Origin: Eledone cirrhosa
Taxonomy: Eukaryota
DNA: 64,000 nucleotides
Direction of reading: 5' to 3'
Assembly (NCBI GenBank): GCA_964016885.1
Contig: OZ024745.1
Location: 56,296,001-56,360,000 of the forward strand
Shown: positions 1 to 15,280 of the stretch, one piece after another
Position numbering within the stretch: position 1 is the first letter of the stretch
How the letters are laid out: each line of letters opens with the position of its first letter
Notes under the pieces: model-generated
Databases searched by the model: none
What the model saw: only the letters and a program-made list of their open reading frames with translations
What the model was told of the DNA's origin: nothing
Program-made: the position numbers and the translations under genes

Positions 1-2989
1 TTTGTTGAATTACCAACAAATTGAATATGCTTTCCCCACCTAGTGTTTAGTACCTTTAGAGTAAGATTCAATTTTGTAGGGTTAGGTAATTTACTGCGAT
101 GCTTGGCCCTTAAAGGAAGCCGATTTCCAGAATAGAATCGGCATCCAAAGCCATTTAAGTAAACTGGTATTGGGCTGCTTTTCGTGGACTACACTGTTTT
201 GCAATCACTTGGGCCAGGGCCCTAGCTTAAGAACAACATATTTTCTTCCTACACGATTCAAATGTTCTAAAGACGATTATGAATACTTCACATCAACTGC
301 AAAAGCCAATCGTCCCACATTCTACAGAAACCGTCCCATTCTCTAAAAGTATTATTATTCAAAAATATATCCATCCAATCTATTAGGTTCCAAACTGTTT
401 TAAAATCTTACCATCCGTGATCGTATCATCTTTTTATATAGCATTCCAGTGGTGACCAACCGACCTTTCAGTCGTGACCAATCTTTTTTCAAGCTTTTCG
501 AACTGAAACATATATTTTTTTAAAGCGTTCCAGCCCTGATACTCCCTGCTTTTGTTCAAGAAACTATAGTCCTTTTTTATCTTTTCTCGTGTGATTAATC
601 CGTAAGTATTGAACTAGAAATGAAAATAATCATAAATTGATATTGAAAATTAAAAATATTACCGAATGTTACCGAATATTACCGAATGTTATCGAAAAAG
701 GAAATTATATAATATGAAGAAATCATCAGGTGTCATCAGGTGTACAAGAGATATGAGGCCACAAACCGAGAGCAAATATGTGATTCCACACTAATGCTGC
801 AAAATCTTTAAAAAAGAAGTTCGATCGCCACAGTTACTGCGCCCTAAATTTTAAGATGGATTAGGTAAATTAATGTAACTCTATACGATACTTAAAAGGC
901 TAAACATCTAACGAGAAAAAAAATAGGCAACGGGGAATATTAAATATTAGTTATTAATTGATATTATTTTAATTTTTCCAACAACCCTGAAAGACAGCCT
1001 TGCACATGTTTCCGACGAAGATAGATTTGGCTCCATTTGACGAATTAGTTATAGATAAATAATCTAGTAAATATTCATTTTCGTACGAAAATATATTTGT
1101 CAATACGAAATCTGCATGGAAATGAGTTATTTTTATGGTTTTATATTTTTCTAATTTTCCCATGTAAACTGATGAACCAAAAGAACCCATATACTTGAGT
1201 CTATATTCTTCTGTGTGGCAACGTAACCCACCTCATTCAATTTATGAATGAAAAAAAAAACAGCTCATATGTTGTTGCAGTTAAAAGTAATACATTAATA
1301 TAACAATATTGGAATTCTTGCGAAAGCCATTCCTCCGCCAACTAAATCGTAAAAATTGAATCCCACTCTGTTTCTTCGGGACAAAGTAAATTAATTATCT
1401 TCTACTCCTGCAATAGTTTTTCTTCTTTTGTTCCTGAAAATGTTTAGTCTTTACTGCTAAAAATGTGAAATTTATTCGTACCAGGACAACTATTTCAAAT
1501 ATTGCAAATAATTTAAAAACCATTATTGCAGCTTCTCGCAAGAAAAGAGCATTCAAATTGAAATCATAAAATCCCATTGAATACTGTAAAAATGCTTTTG
1601 AAAAATGAGTTCAGTCAAATGCTGATACAATTAGCGAATGCCATTTGGGTTGGCTTCGTATTCTTATAAAATGACAAAGGAGTATAATTTAGACGTTAGA
1701 ATTTTTTCTGGAATATATATTAGGCTAGTGAATAAATATTGCAAATACCCGCTGTAGCAAAGTGTACAGCCACCGGAAATAACATCTGTGAAATATACAG
1801 CGCTAGCTACCTCAACGTGAAAAAAAAAGAACCCTTAAAAGCTACCAGAATAAACGGCTACACAGCGGCTAAACATCAAACGATTATTTCTGTATATATA
1901 GAGTGGTTCCAAACACTCAGCAGTCGACTTTTAGCAGAGTCAGCTAGCGCATCGTTGGTCCTTTACTATGCCACGCTTTGTCACTCACACACGCCTTGTA
2001 CCTTGTATCGTCGCTTCATGTGAAAATAAATAGCTGATCGAATTTACATCTCGCCTTGCTTCGTCCTTTCAACTTGTGCTTTCGTCTGTCCATCCTCAAC
2101 AGTTCTTTTAAGGGCTATATGCGACAACAGTCCTTTTAAGGGCTATCTTCAGATCTGATCAGACCGTATGCGATAACAATCCTTCTAAGGGCTATTCTCG
2201 GATCTGATCAGAAGTAGTGACCAGACTGACTAATCACGTCGCTACAAAAGTTTTAAAAGGTCATTAAATAAATTAAAATTATTAAGTGTTTCTTTATTAA
2301 TGTTGGGGTGTAAAGTTTGCTGGAGAGGGGGGGGGTAACAACAGGTTAACACTTAACGAACAGACATGTAAATATTGGTGTTCCAGTCGTAATTATCCAG
2401 TCTGTGTAAGTTTATGTGGTTCAATTTAAAACGGCTGGGTGAGGGGTGAAATAGAGATTTGATTATTATTTTAGCAAGTCACGCGACAACGCAATACCTC
2501 TCACATTTGGTGTGAGTGAGGTGGGTTACATTATCTCACTGAAGAATATACAGACTCAAGTATAAAAATCAAAAGTCATATTCCAGATCAACTGTCTTTC
2601 AAGCCTTTTCAAGAAAAGAATAAGATTTGTGTCTTCAGTATTGATACCAAGCTGAAGAAATATGTCATTGCGACGATCACTGATGAAAATAAAAACAGAG
2701 TAACCCCAGCATTAATGACCAAGATGACTGGACATTAAAGTATTATTTGATCTGATTTAGTCCTATCAGGTAATCGAACTACTTCCGTAGATTGACCACA
2801 GACTCGATTGTAGTTAGCAATTAGCAATCATTCTTTACAATTAATTATAATTGTTTCTACTTTTGGCACAAGGCCAGCAATTATCCAGTACATTACTGAT
2901 ACTTTATTTTATCGACCCCATAAGGATGAAAGGCAAAGTTAATTAATTATAATATCAGTAAATTGATTCCATAATGTGGTTTCCACTTA

Positions 2990-3540
2990 TCACGCTGACC
3001 CAGTTTGGTTGTATTCCATGTTTAGTTTAACATTAAATTAATAAATGACTTTCATCTTTGTATCACATCAACATCCTTGGGAGAAGATAACGAAAGTCAA
3101 GTAAATAAGAATAATTACCTTCAGTTCGAAATTTGACACGAAAGACTGAATCCGTCCAGAAACGCCATAACACCTCAACTTATGAAGGAGACCAGCATGC
3201 CAAACCCAGGCAAGAGCATTAGAAATATCTACGGCAATAGTCCTGGCTTCACCAGATTTATCTAAAGCAAGAGAGATTCTCTCAACAGTAACAGGTAATA
3301 CATCAGTAGGTGACCGCGAGAAACGAAAGCCGCATTGTTTATCTCAAATAAAACCTAGTGAGGTGTGATGAATGAATAAAGTCACAAATACATCGCCAAA
3401 ATTAGGCAGATGACAAATAAGACGATAATTAGAAGTGTCAGATCGTTCCCTAACGTTCTTAAATATTGGAACAACAAAAGACGATTTCCAACAAGATGGA
3501 GAGCAAGAATCAACAATGAAATTGTTGCAAAGTTGAAGTA
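2990..3540 (-). pseudogene. Decayed LINE (CR1/L2-like) reverse transcriptase fragment
   Basis: WKSSFVVPIFK...SDTSNYRLI (RT subdomains 1-2), then QCGFR..RS and AVDISNA..VWHAGLLHKL-like motifs; frameshifted. Confidence 0.7.
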
Positions 3541-3559
3541 ACACAGTTGAAACAAAAAT

Positions 3560-4932
<1,373 letters not shown>

Positions 4933-5597
4933 ACCCCGGTTCTGGCCTCCCACAACGCCCCCCCCCCCCCGGTAGATCCCCTACACCCCGTACCAATGAC
5001 CAGTGGACTACAGCCACCCATAGTTTGTGGTCCCTACGGTGGATTGTCCACCGGATCCTCTTCTTGTTACGAGGCAACAAAACCTCGTTTATTGAACCTG
5101 ATGACCCCCCACCCCCACCCGGAGTGGCCCACACAGGAAGAACAATCATACCACGGTGCTAACCCTATACACATGAATGAGTTCCCGCAACCGTACATAG
5201 TGTGTGTATACTGGGATTAGGTGAGTGTACACACTCATGTGAAGGCAACGAGATACTAATACCCCAGGTTGCATTTGAAAAATGTTCAAGTGTATGCTTA
5301 GGAGTATGTTTGTATATGCTCTCTTGTATGAGTGCACATGTGTATATAGATATACACGCGCATCCAGAGGTATAAAAGTGTGGATGGGTATGTGTATCTG
5401 TACTAGGGGATTCGCCTAAGCCCCAAAGACCCCAAGCTATTGCTGTGAAGATATATATTACACTCTACTTTTTCTAGTCTAAACAATAACTTTTCCAAAC
5501 ACCCACTTTACTTTTCTTTAAAAATAACACCCACCTAGTTTTATGTCTGCCTTATACTTGAATTTGGGTGCCTCTGTCGTATATATATATGCACCTT

Positions 5598-5640
<43 letters not shown>

Positions 5641-5641
5641 C

Positions 5642-6086
5642 TGTATGGATTTGTGTGTGTGTGTCTGAGGGGGTAGGTGTGAGTGTATGTACAAGTCAAC
5701 CAACATAGGTCTTTTTTATTTCTAAACTCTCTAAGTATTTGACTCTTACCATAATTTTCAGTATTATCACCCCACATAAATTCCTCAATTTGTATGTGTG
5801 GGTGTGTGTGTGTGTGCCTGTTGGGGTGGGGGTGAATGTATGTGCAAGTCAACCAACATAAGTCTTTTTATATGTAAATTTTCGAGTATTCTACTCTAAC
5901 CATAATTTTCATGTATTCTACTCTAACCATAATTTGTATGTGTGGATGTGTGTGTGTGCCTGTGGGGGTGGGGGGTGAATGTATGTGCAAGTCAACCAAC
6001 ATAAGCCTTTTTATATGTAAATTTTCTAGTATTCTACTTTAACCATAATTTTCAGTAGTACCACCCTACATAAATTCCTCAATTTA
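5642..6086 (+). repeat. Three diverged tandem copies of a ~145-bp unit
   Basis: Repeated (GT)n...caagtcaaccaacata...accataattttc...ataaattcctcaattt block. Confidence 0.75.
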
Positions 6087-6393
6087 AGATTGACCTGTAG
6101 TATCGAATTTCATACTATAAACCTCAATTGAATATATATATGACCAGGAATGCTTTTTGTGAAAATCAGTCATACGGAACTATTGTCATCTTGCCTGATG
6201 GTTTGAACTTTACAACACCACCTGCTTCTTTGAGCTCAAATACCAACCCTACTAGCATCTACAAATTGACCAATGAAAATTAAGATTATTCCTGCTGACA
6301 ACATTAAATTATTCCTAACAAGCTCATATGTCCCAAGGCTCTGATACAATCAACACCATAAACATCGAGCTGGCATATCTAAGAACTGACTAA

Positions 6394-6447
6394 CTGCCTG
6401 ATGTGGTCATAGCCATTCAATGGCTATCATCGAAATATGTATAGCAG
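6394..6447 (+). ncRNA. Type I hammerhead motif (family H), A9 mutated
   Basis: ctgc CTGATGT ggtcatagccattcaatggctatcatc GAAA tatgta TA gcag. Inverted partner at 7009-7064. Confidence 0.6.
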
Positions 6448-6562
6448 CAAATAAGGGATTATGAGTTCATGCAATTGACTTATGTTTCGTCACTATATAT
6501 ATATATTAGCTTATATATATATAAAATCCTCAGTCATTCCTGTAGAAGCTATTTCTACATTA

Positions 6563-6740
6563 AATAATTGTTTCTACTTTAGGCACAAGGCCAGCAATTA
6601 CTCAGTGCATTACTGGTACTTTATTTTATCGACCCCGTAAGGATGAAAGGCAAAGTTTACCTCGGCGGGATTTGAACTCAGAATGGCAAGGGCCGCAACT
6701 ATATGCGTCAAAGCATGGCGCCCGACCCTCTACCGATGAT
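6563..6740 (-). mobile_element. tRNA-derived SINE family A
   Basis: Matches the full copy at 56722-56910 (B-box GAGTTCAAATCC, core gcctttcatccttacggggtcgataaaataaagtaccag, tail gtagaaacaattat). Confidence 0.85.
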
Positions 6741-7008
6741 GACCCTCTACTAATGTATTAAGTGCCTATATACACATATATATTGTGTACTAGAAGACCT
6801 ATAATATTTCTTTTTTAAAGCCGGTAAAATGCGGTAGAAAAATACAGTTAAATGATGACAAATGAAACAAGACAAAGTAATGTTTTGTACATTGTACTTT
6901 AGCCTAATATTTCAGGGTTAATACCCTATTTTCAGACACGAAACTGAACTATATATATATATAGTGACGAAACATAAATCAATTGCATGAACTCATAATC
7001 CTTTATTT

Positions 7009-7064
7009 ACTGCTATACATATTTCGATGATAGCCATTGAGTGGCTATGACCTCATCAGGCAGT
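7009..7064 (-). ncRNA. Type I hammerhead ribozyme (family H), canonical core
   Basis: actgc CTGATGA ggtcatagccactcaatggctatcatc GAAA tatgta TA gcagt. Stem I actgc/gcagt; stem II atagcca/tggctat. Confidence 0.8.
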
Positions 7065-9014
7065 TAGTCAGTTCTAACTGTATATATATATACAGAGAGA
7101 GAGAGAGAGAGAGGGGGGGGGGAGGAAATCCATATATATGAATCAGTGTATACAAAAAATGCATGCATGTATGTCTACCTATATGTGTGTGAGCGCGCGT
7201 TGGTATATGTGTAAACATCAAATGATTATCTGAATTTTCTTTGCACTCCGACGATCAAGAAAGTAGTTTTAAGATTTCCTTATTGAAATATAGGGATGGA
7301 TGTTTTCTTTAACTTGAAAACATTTATTTATCTTTATCTTATACTTTAGAGTTTCAACTTTAATGTTTTTCTACGTTTTACTCATATAAGATTTGAATTA
7401 TTCCCATAAAAATAAAATTTCCATTTCCATTTATACTCAATTATCAATTTCTTCCACTTTTTATTGGTAGGTACATGAAAATACATAGGGGTTTCTCCTT
7501 CAAAATTCTATCATTTCACATAATTCTAACAGGCTTACATATTTCTAAGCAACATATCTCACAATATTTTATTTTTTCTAACGTGCAAATAGTATAATGC
7601 ATAATGAATGTGTGTATGTAGGTAGATCGTTAGGTGTTTCGGTGAGATTGTGTATACATGAGTGTGTTTATTTGTGTGTATGCATGCATATAGCTATTTT
7701 CTTTATGTATGTATATTTGTGAGTATCTATATGCACATAGAAAAATATATTTTTTAAACGTTTTTAAGTGAATCCTTTTCAATAAAATGCCACGTTCGTA
7801 CGTGTGTATGTATGTGTGTGTGAGTGCGTGTTTGTGTGTATGCATGTATATATGTATGTAAATATGCATGCCTCTCTTTCTCATATATATATGTATGTGT
7901 GTGTACATCACAGGGTGAATATGAAAGCATATACATGTTTATAATAAACATACGAGAGTATTACTCTGTTTTTTTTTTATTGTTTATATAAATGTAATCA
8001 TGTCCCTCTATCTCAGTAGCTACCGACACAGCTCTGGCATAATAAGAGCTTCAAAACAATTCATAAGGAGGCATTTGAATGTTTATTATACAGAAACCTA
8101 TCGCATTTGACTGCATATACACCCCTATGATAAACCAATCTATCTGCCAATATATATATATATATATATTTCGTTTCTGAATTTGTTTAGCAAGATTCTT
8201 TATCTGAAAACGTGTGTTGAAACCGATATTGTTATGCTTTGGGAGGGTCATGTTGCAAATAAGAAACACACGCACCAGTTGCTTTCACTTCAATTTATTA
8301 TAATAAATTTATAAAGTTAGGAATTTATAAATTTCTGGTTGGGTGGTTGGTTCCACAACCAGATGATTGTTTATATATTGTCAAAGTTCTTTCGTCACAC
8401 ATTCTGTGACCTCTTCAGTGACTTGGGATTCTTTTCTTTGTTTTTGTGCCTCTTCTTTGTTCTGTCCTACGCCATCTTGTTTCAAAATGGCGTAGGACAG
8501 AACAAAGGAGAGGCATGTTTCGTGGTAGTTTCTTGAGTATTTTGGCCCCCCACTTGTTAACCTGTCACCGTAAGATATACTCGGTTGATTACTACTAACT
8601 CTTAAAATGGCCTCATTACAATTCCGTCCCACCTAGTAAACTTTTCTATAGTTTAGCAGTACCAGTGAGAGACTTGATGACTGTCGTTCGGGAATAGTAA
8701 CCAGAAATTGTTGTTTTTTTTATATTTTTAACATTCTTGGTATTCTTCTATATATTACTCCATATTGTTTTACTTATTGTTTCTACTTCCTCCCCCTCCC
8801 TCTCCCCTCCCTAGTATACTTGCTTGACCTCCTGCCCTGCTGTAGTTGGCACTATCAACGCACGACTGGGTTTCCTCCACTCCCTCTCCCTCTTTCTTCT
8901 ACTGGCAAGTTCAGTTACCCCTTCCTTCCACAAATTGCCATGATAGAATTATGTGTCTCAACAACAAACTTTTGACCAATCCTTGTGACAATCACTTTTA
9001 CTATATATGGAATT

Positions 9015-9110
9015 ACCCCCTGAGAAGCTCGGCTATTCATATACCAGGATAAAAATGCTCATTTAGTCCAGAATTAGCCATTGAAACGGCTTGAGCTCAG
9101 CCGTCGGGGT
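9015..9110 (+). ncRNA. Type I hammerhead-like ribozyme in 5' pseudo-LTR (family F)
   Basis: Stem I acccc/ggggt, core CTGAGAA, long stem II (ggcta..tagcc with inner hairpin), GAAA, stem III acggct/agccgt with palindromic tgagctca, GTC triplet. Confidence 0.7.
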
Positions 9111-9295
9111 CCTACTCGTTCCTATTACCCACTCTACTACCCTAAGTATTGAGTACTTTGGTGTGTTATGGTCCACCTGGTTCCTTACCACATTTCCTTC
9201 GTTATCTAGCTCCTATTCCCGTAGTAGAGCACTTTCCGACCCTACCACGCCGTATCCAGACTTTTCCGCTAAGCTCAAGTTCTTTCACCCGCACC

Positions 9296-11460
9296 ATGCG
9301 AAAACACAACATCGACTTCTCCACCAAGAATATCCCAGTTCCACCGAAAAAACTTTACCTTCGGATGCTCAAGCAAAAAATTGACCTCTTTGCGAAAAGA
9401 CTTAGATGGAGAACTTTTTTCTAAGACAGATATTGCGACAATCAGGACTTCGGTACCAAGGAGAGATTCGGATTTAATACCTACAAATCTCCCCCTCCGA
9501 ACCCTATGCTCTCACCCTTCGAGAATGACCTTTTCCAACTGGTCAAGAACATTAAATTCAATCCCAGACACAACCGATTCCTACAAAAACTCCGTAGCAA
9601 CTTAACAGAGTATGATAACACCAATGACATCATGGTGCACTCGGATAAAACTGGTAACATCTACTTCGTCAACCCCGACAGATACCATACACTGATCAGG
9701 AGCAGCCTAAACTCCACCTATAAAAAGGCTAACCACTCTTGCATCGAGGACATAAATCGAGATGGACAACAAATTACCTCCAGCCTCCGACCGCACGGAA
9801 CCCCTAGACCCACGGACACCCTACTTCACACTGAAGGACCACAAATCCGATTTCGACAGTAAACCTTCTATCAGGCTTATAAACCCAGCGAAGTCCGATA
9901 TAGGGAGAATCAGTAAAAAAAATCCTAGACCGCGTTATACCAAAAGTTAAGCAAAACGCCAGAATTAGCCTATGGGTCAACATCCAGGAAGTAATCTCAT
10001 GGTTCAGCAATATGGAGAACAAACGAGACACAAAATTCATCCAGTTTGACATAGAGAGTTACTATGCTTCAATTACCTTACCGCTACTTACGGCTGCCTT
10101 GGACTTTGCCGAGACACTTGCGCCCATCACCGACCAGGAAAGAAACATCATCCTCCACGCCAGGAAGACAGTCCTACTCTTCGACAACTCCAAATGGATA
10201 AAGAGAGCTACCGACTCACCCTTCGACGTCAGCATGGACACGACGGATTCGGCTGAGGTCACAGATCTTATAGGATTATTCCTACTAATTAAACTCACCG
10301 ATATGTTTCCTGCATTCGGCGGTGGATTGTACCGTGATGATGGGCTCCTTACCCTTAAAGGGTACAACCCCAGTAGTACAGACCGGGTCCGTAAACAATT
10401 AATCAGCTTCTTCCGCGACTAGGGATTTAAAATAACCCTACAAAGGTCCCTGACCCGAGTAAACTTCCTGGACGTTACCCTTGACCTCGATAATGATCTG
10501 TACTACCCATACAGGAAACCCAACGACAACCTGCACTACATCCACCGCCGGTCAAACCATCCTAGGAACATCACCAATAACCTGGTTAAAGACATCTCCC
10601 TCCGCATATCTCGTTTGTCTGCTAATGAGCAGATATTCAAGGAACATGCGCCTTATTACAACCAGGCCCTCAAGCGGAGTGGTTTCCGGGAGGAAATATC
10701 CTACTGTCCAGCTTCCATTAGCGGAACCAGCAGGCGACACCGCCGCTCACGCAATGTAACATGCTTCAATCCTCCCCACAACGCCGAGGTGACAACTCCT
10801 ATCGGGAAAATCTTCTTTAGGCTCATCGAAAAACACTTCCCACTACAACACCGCTACCACAACATAATTAACAAAAATACCATCAAACTCTCCTACAGCA
10901 CCACACCAAACTTTGCACAAAACATCGTCTCCTCTAACAACAATAAACTCAAATCTTATGGAAGAAATAACCTAAATAGCAGTGGGGAGCCGACCAGGAG
11001 GTGCAACTGTCCTGATGGATCCATTTTCCCCCTCGACAACAGATGCAGAGATCGTAATGTGATATACCAGTGCAACGTGAGGACGGACACCTCCAACAAA
11101 GCTTATATAGGATTAACCGCATGTGACTTCAAGACCCGGCTATACCAACACAGACATACCTTCCGAAACCCGGCCCGGCGTCACGCCACCACACTTTCGG
11201 GCCACATCTGGGACCTCAAGGATAACAATATTACCTATGATCTCACTTGGAGCTTACTGTCCAGAGCCAACTCTTACACGGGAGGATGCCGTCCGTGCAA
11301 TTTATGCTCGGAGGAAACCTTACAAATGCTGTTTTCGACGGACCAACTCCTAAACAAGAAAGACGAACTGGTAACTGCATGCAAACACAGATTGCGTAGG
11401 ACTTACCTCGCCCTCAAACCCCATAATGACCCGGGGGGGGGGGGTAGACAAGGGGTGTAA
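9296..11460 (+). pseudogene. PLE RT-GIY-YIG polyprotein, disrupted
   Basis: MRKHNIDFSTKNIP..., SDKTGN, TLKDHK..IRLINPAKS, FDIESYY (motif A), LYRDDGL (motif C), FLDVTL, FNPP..HFP..IKLSYS, CNC, VIYQC..AYIG, CNLC, CKH. TAG stops at 9422 and 10420; frameshifts near 9785 and 9920. Confidence 0.9.
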
Positions 11461-12593
11461 CACCCCACTTGCCGACTTTTTAATGGGTAACCCCTGCTTG
11501 CAAAGGTAGACGTAAGATCTTCTTTTATATCTTTTTATCGTTTCCTCTATATTTCCTTCTACCCCCCATCCCTTCCTAGTCCTTCCACCCAAGTCCTCCT
11601 TCTTCTTTGTCGTCGCCCTTTTCACTTTCTCGCCCACTCGAGGCAGCCCCTCGGTCCTTTGTAGCATCATTACCCCCACCCCCATCCCCTATTCTATGAT
11701 AGAATTGGCTGACTCCGCTTTTTATAGCAGATGTGATAGACCCCGGATACTTGCTTTCTTATCCGATGGCTGCTCCATTTCCGTGCCTTCTACATTTCGT
11801 AGTGGTATCTTTGCTTTAATTTCTCGTATATCAGTATTTATTTTTGGGGGGTGGGGGGGGGGGGGGGGGGGGGGGTTCTGAATTAATTTTCCGTATCAAA
11901 TTTTTCATATACTTCGTACAAGCATTTATGTAGTTTGCACTAGAATTTTTGTATCGTAGCGGCACCCTTAGAAATAGTATTAGTATTCATTTTCGGGATT
12001 CTGAATTATTATTTCGTATTAGTTTATTTTTTGCACTGGGTGGTTGCTGGCCTTGTGCCTAGGGTAGAAACAATTATTTCGTATTAGTCTCGGGCCTCTG
12101 AATTATTATTTCGTGGAAGTTTCTTGAGTATTTTGGCCCCTCACTTGTTGACCTGTCACCGTAAGATATACTTGATTGATTACTACTAACTCTTAAAATG
12201 GTCTCATTACAATTCCGTCCCACCTAGTAAACTTTTCTATAGTTTAGGAGTACCAGTGAGAGACTTGATGGCTGTCGTTAGGGAATAGTAACCAGAAATT
12301 GTTTTTTTTTATATTTTTAACATTCTTGGTATTCTTCTATATATTTACTCCATATTGTTTTACTTATTGTTTCGACTTCCTCCCCCTCCCTAGTATACTT
12401 GCTTGACCTCCTGCCCTACTGTAGTTGGCACTATCAACGCACGACTGGGTTTCCTCCACTCCCTCTCCCTCTTTCTTCTACTGGCAGGTTCAATTACCCC
12501 TTCCTTCCACAAATTGCCATGATAGAATTATGTGTCTCAACAACAAACTTTTGACCAATCCTTGTGACAATCACTTTTACCATATATGGAATT

Positions 12594-12689
12594 ACCCCCT
12601 GAGAAGCTCGGCTATTCATATACCAGGATAAAAATGTTCATTTAGTCCAGAATTAGCCGTCGAAACGGCTTGAGCTCAGCCATCGGGGT
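12594..12689 (+). ncRNA. Type I hammerhead-like ribozyme in 3' pseudo-LTR (family F)
   Basis: Same fold as 9015-9110; stem II cggcta/tagccg; triplet is ATC here; the element ends about 11 nt later at (TA)n. Confidence 0.65.
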
Positions 12690-12697
12690 CCTACTCG

Positions 12698-13072
<375 letters not shown>

Positions 13073-13107
13073 GACAGAATTAAGAAATTTAGATATATAT
13101 ATATCAT

Positions 13108-13270
13108 AATAATTGTTTCTATTTTAGGCAAAAGGATGGCAATTTGAAGGGAAGGGGAAAGTTGATTAAATCGACAACAATGTATTACTGGTGCCTTATT
13201 TTATCGACCCGCAAGGATGAAAGACAAAGCTAAGCTCGGCGGGATTTGTACTCAGAATGTAAAGGTCCGT
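13108..13270 (-). mobile_element. SINE family A, diverged copy
   Basis: ataattgtttcta...ttttatcgacccgcaaggatgaaag...cggcgggatttgtactcag. Confidence 0.7.
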
Positions 13271-13515
13271 TACTCTATGCCACGAAGTATGCGGTTGATA
13301 AAGTATTGGATGTGTCTTTCCATTTCTGTTGGGTCGCACATGCGGGACACGTTCTTCATCACTCGTACCAAGTCTGCGATCAGAATAATACTAATAATTA
13401 TTAGTATTATCATTATTATTCTTTACATTCCTTACATTAAACTAAAACTATATTGACAATCTTTTAATAATGTCTTCCTTGTGAAATTGGTGGTCTTGTT
13501 TTGCTTAACTAATGA

Positions 13516-13574
<59 letters not shown>

Positions 13575-13713
13575 AGAAGGGGTATTTAATTTGTTGGAAA
13601 TCCGACAAATATAAATATAAAAGTTTATAACTGATTTAGAGCACTCAACAAGCTCCTGGAGTAAATATTAAATGATATTAAATAAATGGAAACTATATTT
13701 ATAAAACCATATT

Positions 13714-13776
13714 TATTTTATTATATATATTTCAAGGGTACCAAAAGATTTTGGTACACTTTCTTCAGATAAAATA
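13714..13776 (-). ncRNA. Type I hammerhead ribozyme (family G)
   Basis: tattttat CTGAAGA aagtgtaccaaaatcttttggtaccctt GAAA tatata TA ataaaata. Perfect 8-bp stem I. Confidence 0.82.
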
Positions 13777-13968
13777 CAAAATTTGTTTTATAAATAGAGA
13801 CATACACAGGAAAATCATACCTTATCAGTTGGATATTCTATGGATACTGGAAATGTATTAGGGATTTTTCAAACTTATGGGTGTATATGCAAATGAATAT
13901 GTAAATAATTGAAAAACTACCGTTTATTTAAACGACTATGGAGAGAGAAGAGAGAAGAGAAGGACAAA

Positions 13969-14057
<89 letters not shown>

Positions 14058-14400
14058 GCAAAGATGAATAAAAAAAACTCATATAACGTTAATTTGAGGG
14101 AAATATATTCGGGCAATTTTCTACGTATATATGTAAATATATATCTTAATAATATGTGTATATATATTAAAAGGATATTTTACGATTATTAGTTGTTTAA
14201 AATTTGTTTATAATATATTTTTCATTCGTTTATAAGTAGATAAATAAATAAGTAAATAAATAGATGGGTATATCATGTTATAGATAGTTGTTCTAATGAG
14301 TTATGAGGGATATTGGTTTTGTATTTTATCTAAATAAATATGTATTTAAAATTGAGAATGATTTAAAATTAAATTAAATTAAATTAACTGAGTTAAGTAA

Positions 14401-15134
14401 TCATCATCATCATCATCAACGTTTAACGTCCGTGTTCCACGCTTGCATGGGTTTCGACGGGGGTTTTCCCACTTGAGGCAAGAGTGATTGTCTTGCTCGC
14501 ATAGGACTGTCTGGCAGGTTTTCTACAGTTGGATGCCCTTCCTAACACCAACCACATTTACAGTGTGGGTCTGGGAGGTTTTTACCGTGTTGCCTACACG
14601 GCCACATTACAGCGTGGACTGTGTGTTTTTTTGTCGTGGCACCTACACGATCTCATTTGTTTCGGCCTGGATGGTGTGGCACCAACATAACTTTACATAG
14701 AAGGGGGCGGTGTGGATGGGGGGGGGGGTGTATTTTGTTAGAGATGCCTACTTACTGTAGTAGGTTTTACTTTGTATTTAGGTAAGGCGGGTCTTCTCTA
14801 TTACTGAGTACCGCCAAAGGTCTCGGTCCAGTGACATTGTCTTGGTGAGGTGTAAGTGTGTGAGGTCGGAGTTTATCAGCTCGTCCCAGGTTTTTCTGGG
14901 TCTGCCTATTCCGTGGCTACCGTCTATCTTTATTGCCCTGCACTTTGTTATACAGCTATCGTCCTTCATGCGCATCACGTGACCATACCAACGTAGCCTT
15001 CTCTCTAGTAAACAACATCTGATCCCTCTTATTTCTAATTTTTTCCTTAGTTCGTTTATGCTTTGTCGTTCACGTATATTACTATTACACATCCAGCGGA
15101 GCATGCAAGCTTCGTTTCTCTCTAGTCTGCGTAA
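14401..15134 (-). mobile_element. 5'-truncated RTE-clade LINE with 3' UTR and (GAT)n tail
   Basis: ORF end RRLRWYGHVMRM...GRPRKTW...DRDLWR is a typical RTE C-terminus; the 3' UTR ends ggacgttaaacg(atg)n. Confidence 0.88.
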
Positions 15135-15280
15135 TTTATATATATATATATGATTGAAAAGGGAAGATAAAGAAAAAAACCCGGTTTTATTTATTTATTT
15201 GTTAGTTTGAGACTATTTAGTCAAAATAAGTATGGATGTTTAAGATACATTTAACGAGAATCAGTTAGTGGTTATTAATC

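Noticed and set aside
60-1600. Possible decayed coding sequence on the minus strand
   Set aside because: No recognisable motif in any frame; a TBLASTX or HMM search is needed.
6903-6945. Hammerhead-like CTGAAAA tagggtattaaccct GAAA on the minus strand
   Set aside because: Non-canonical core, and no convincing stem I or stem III.
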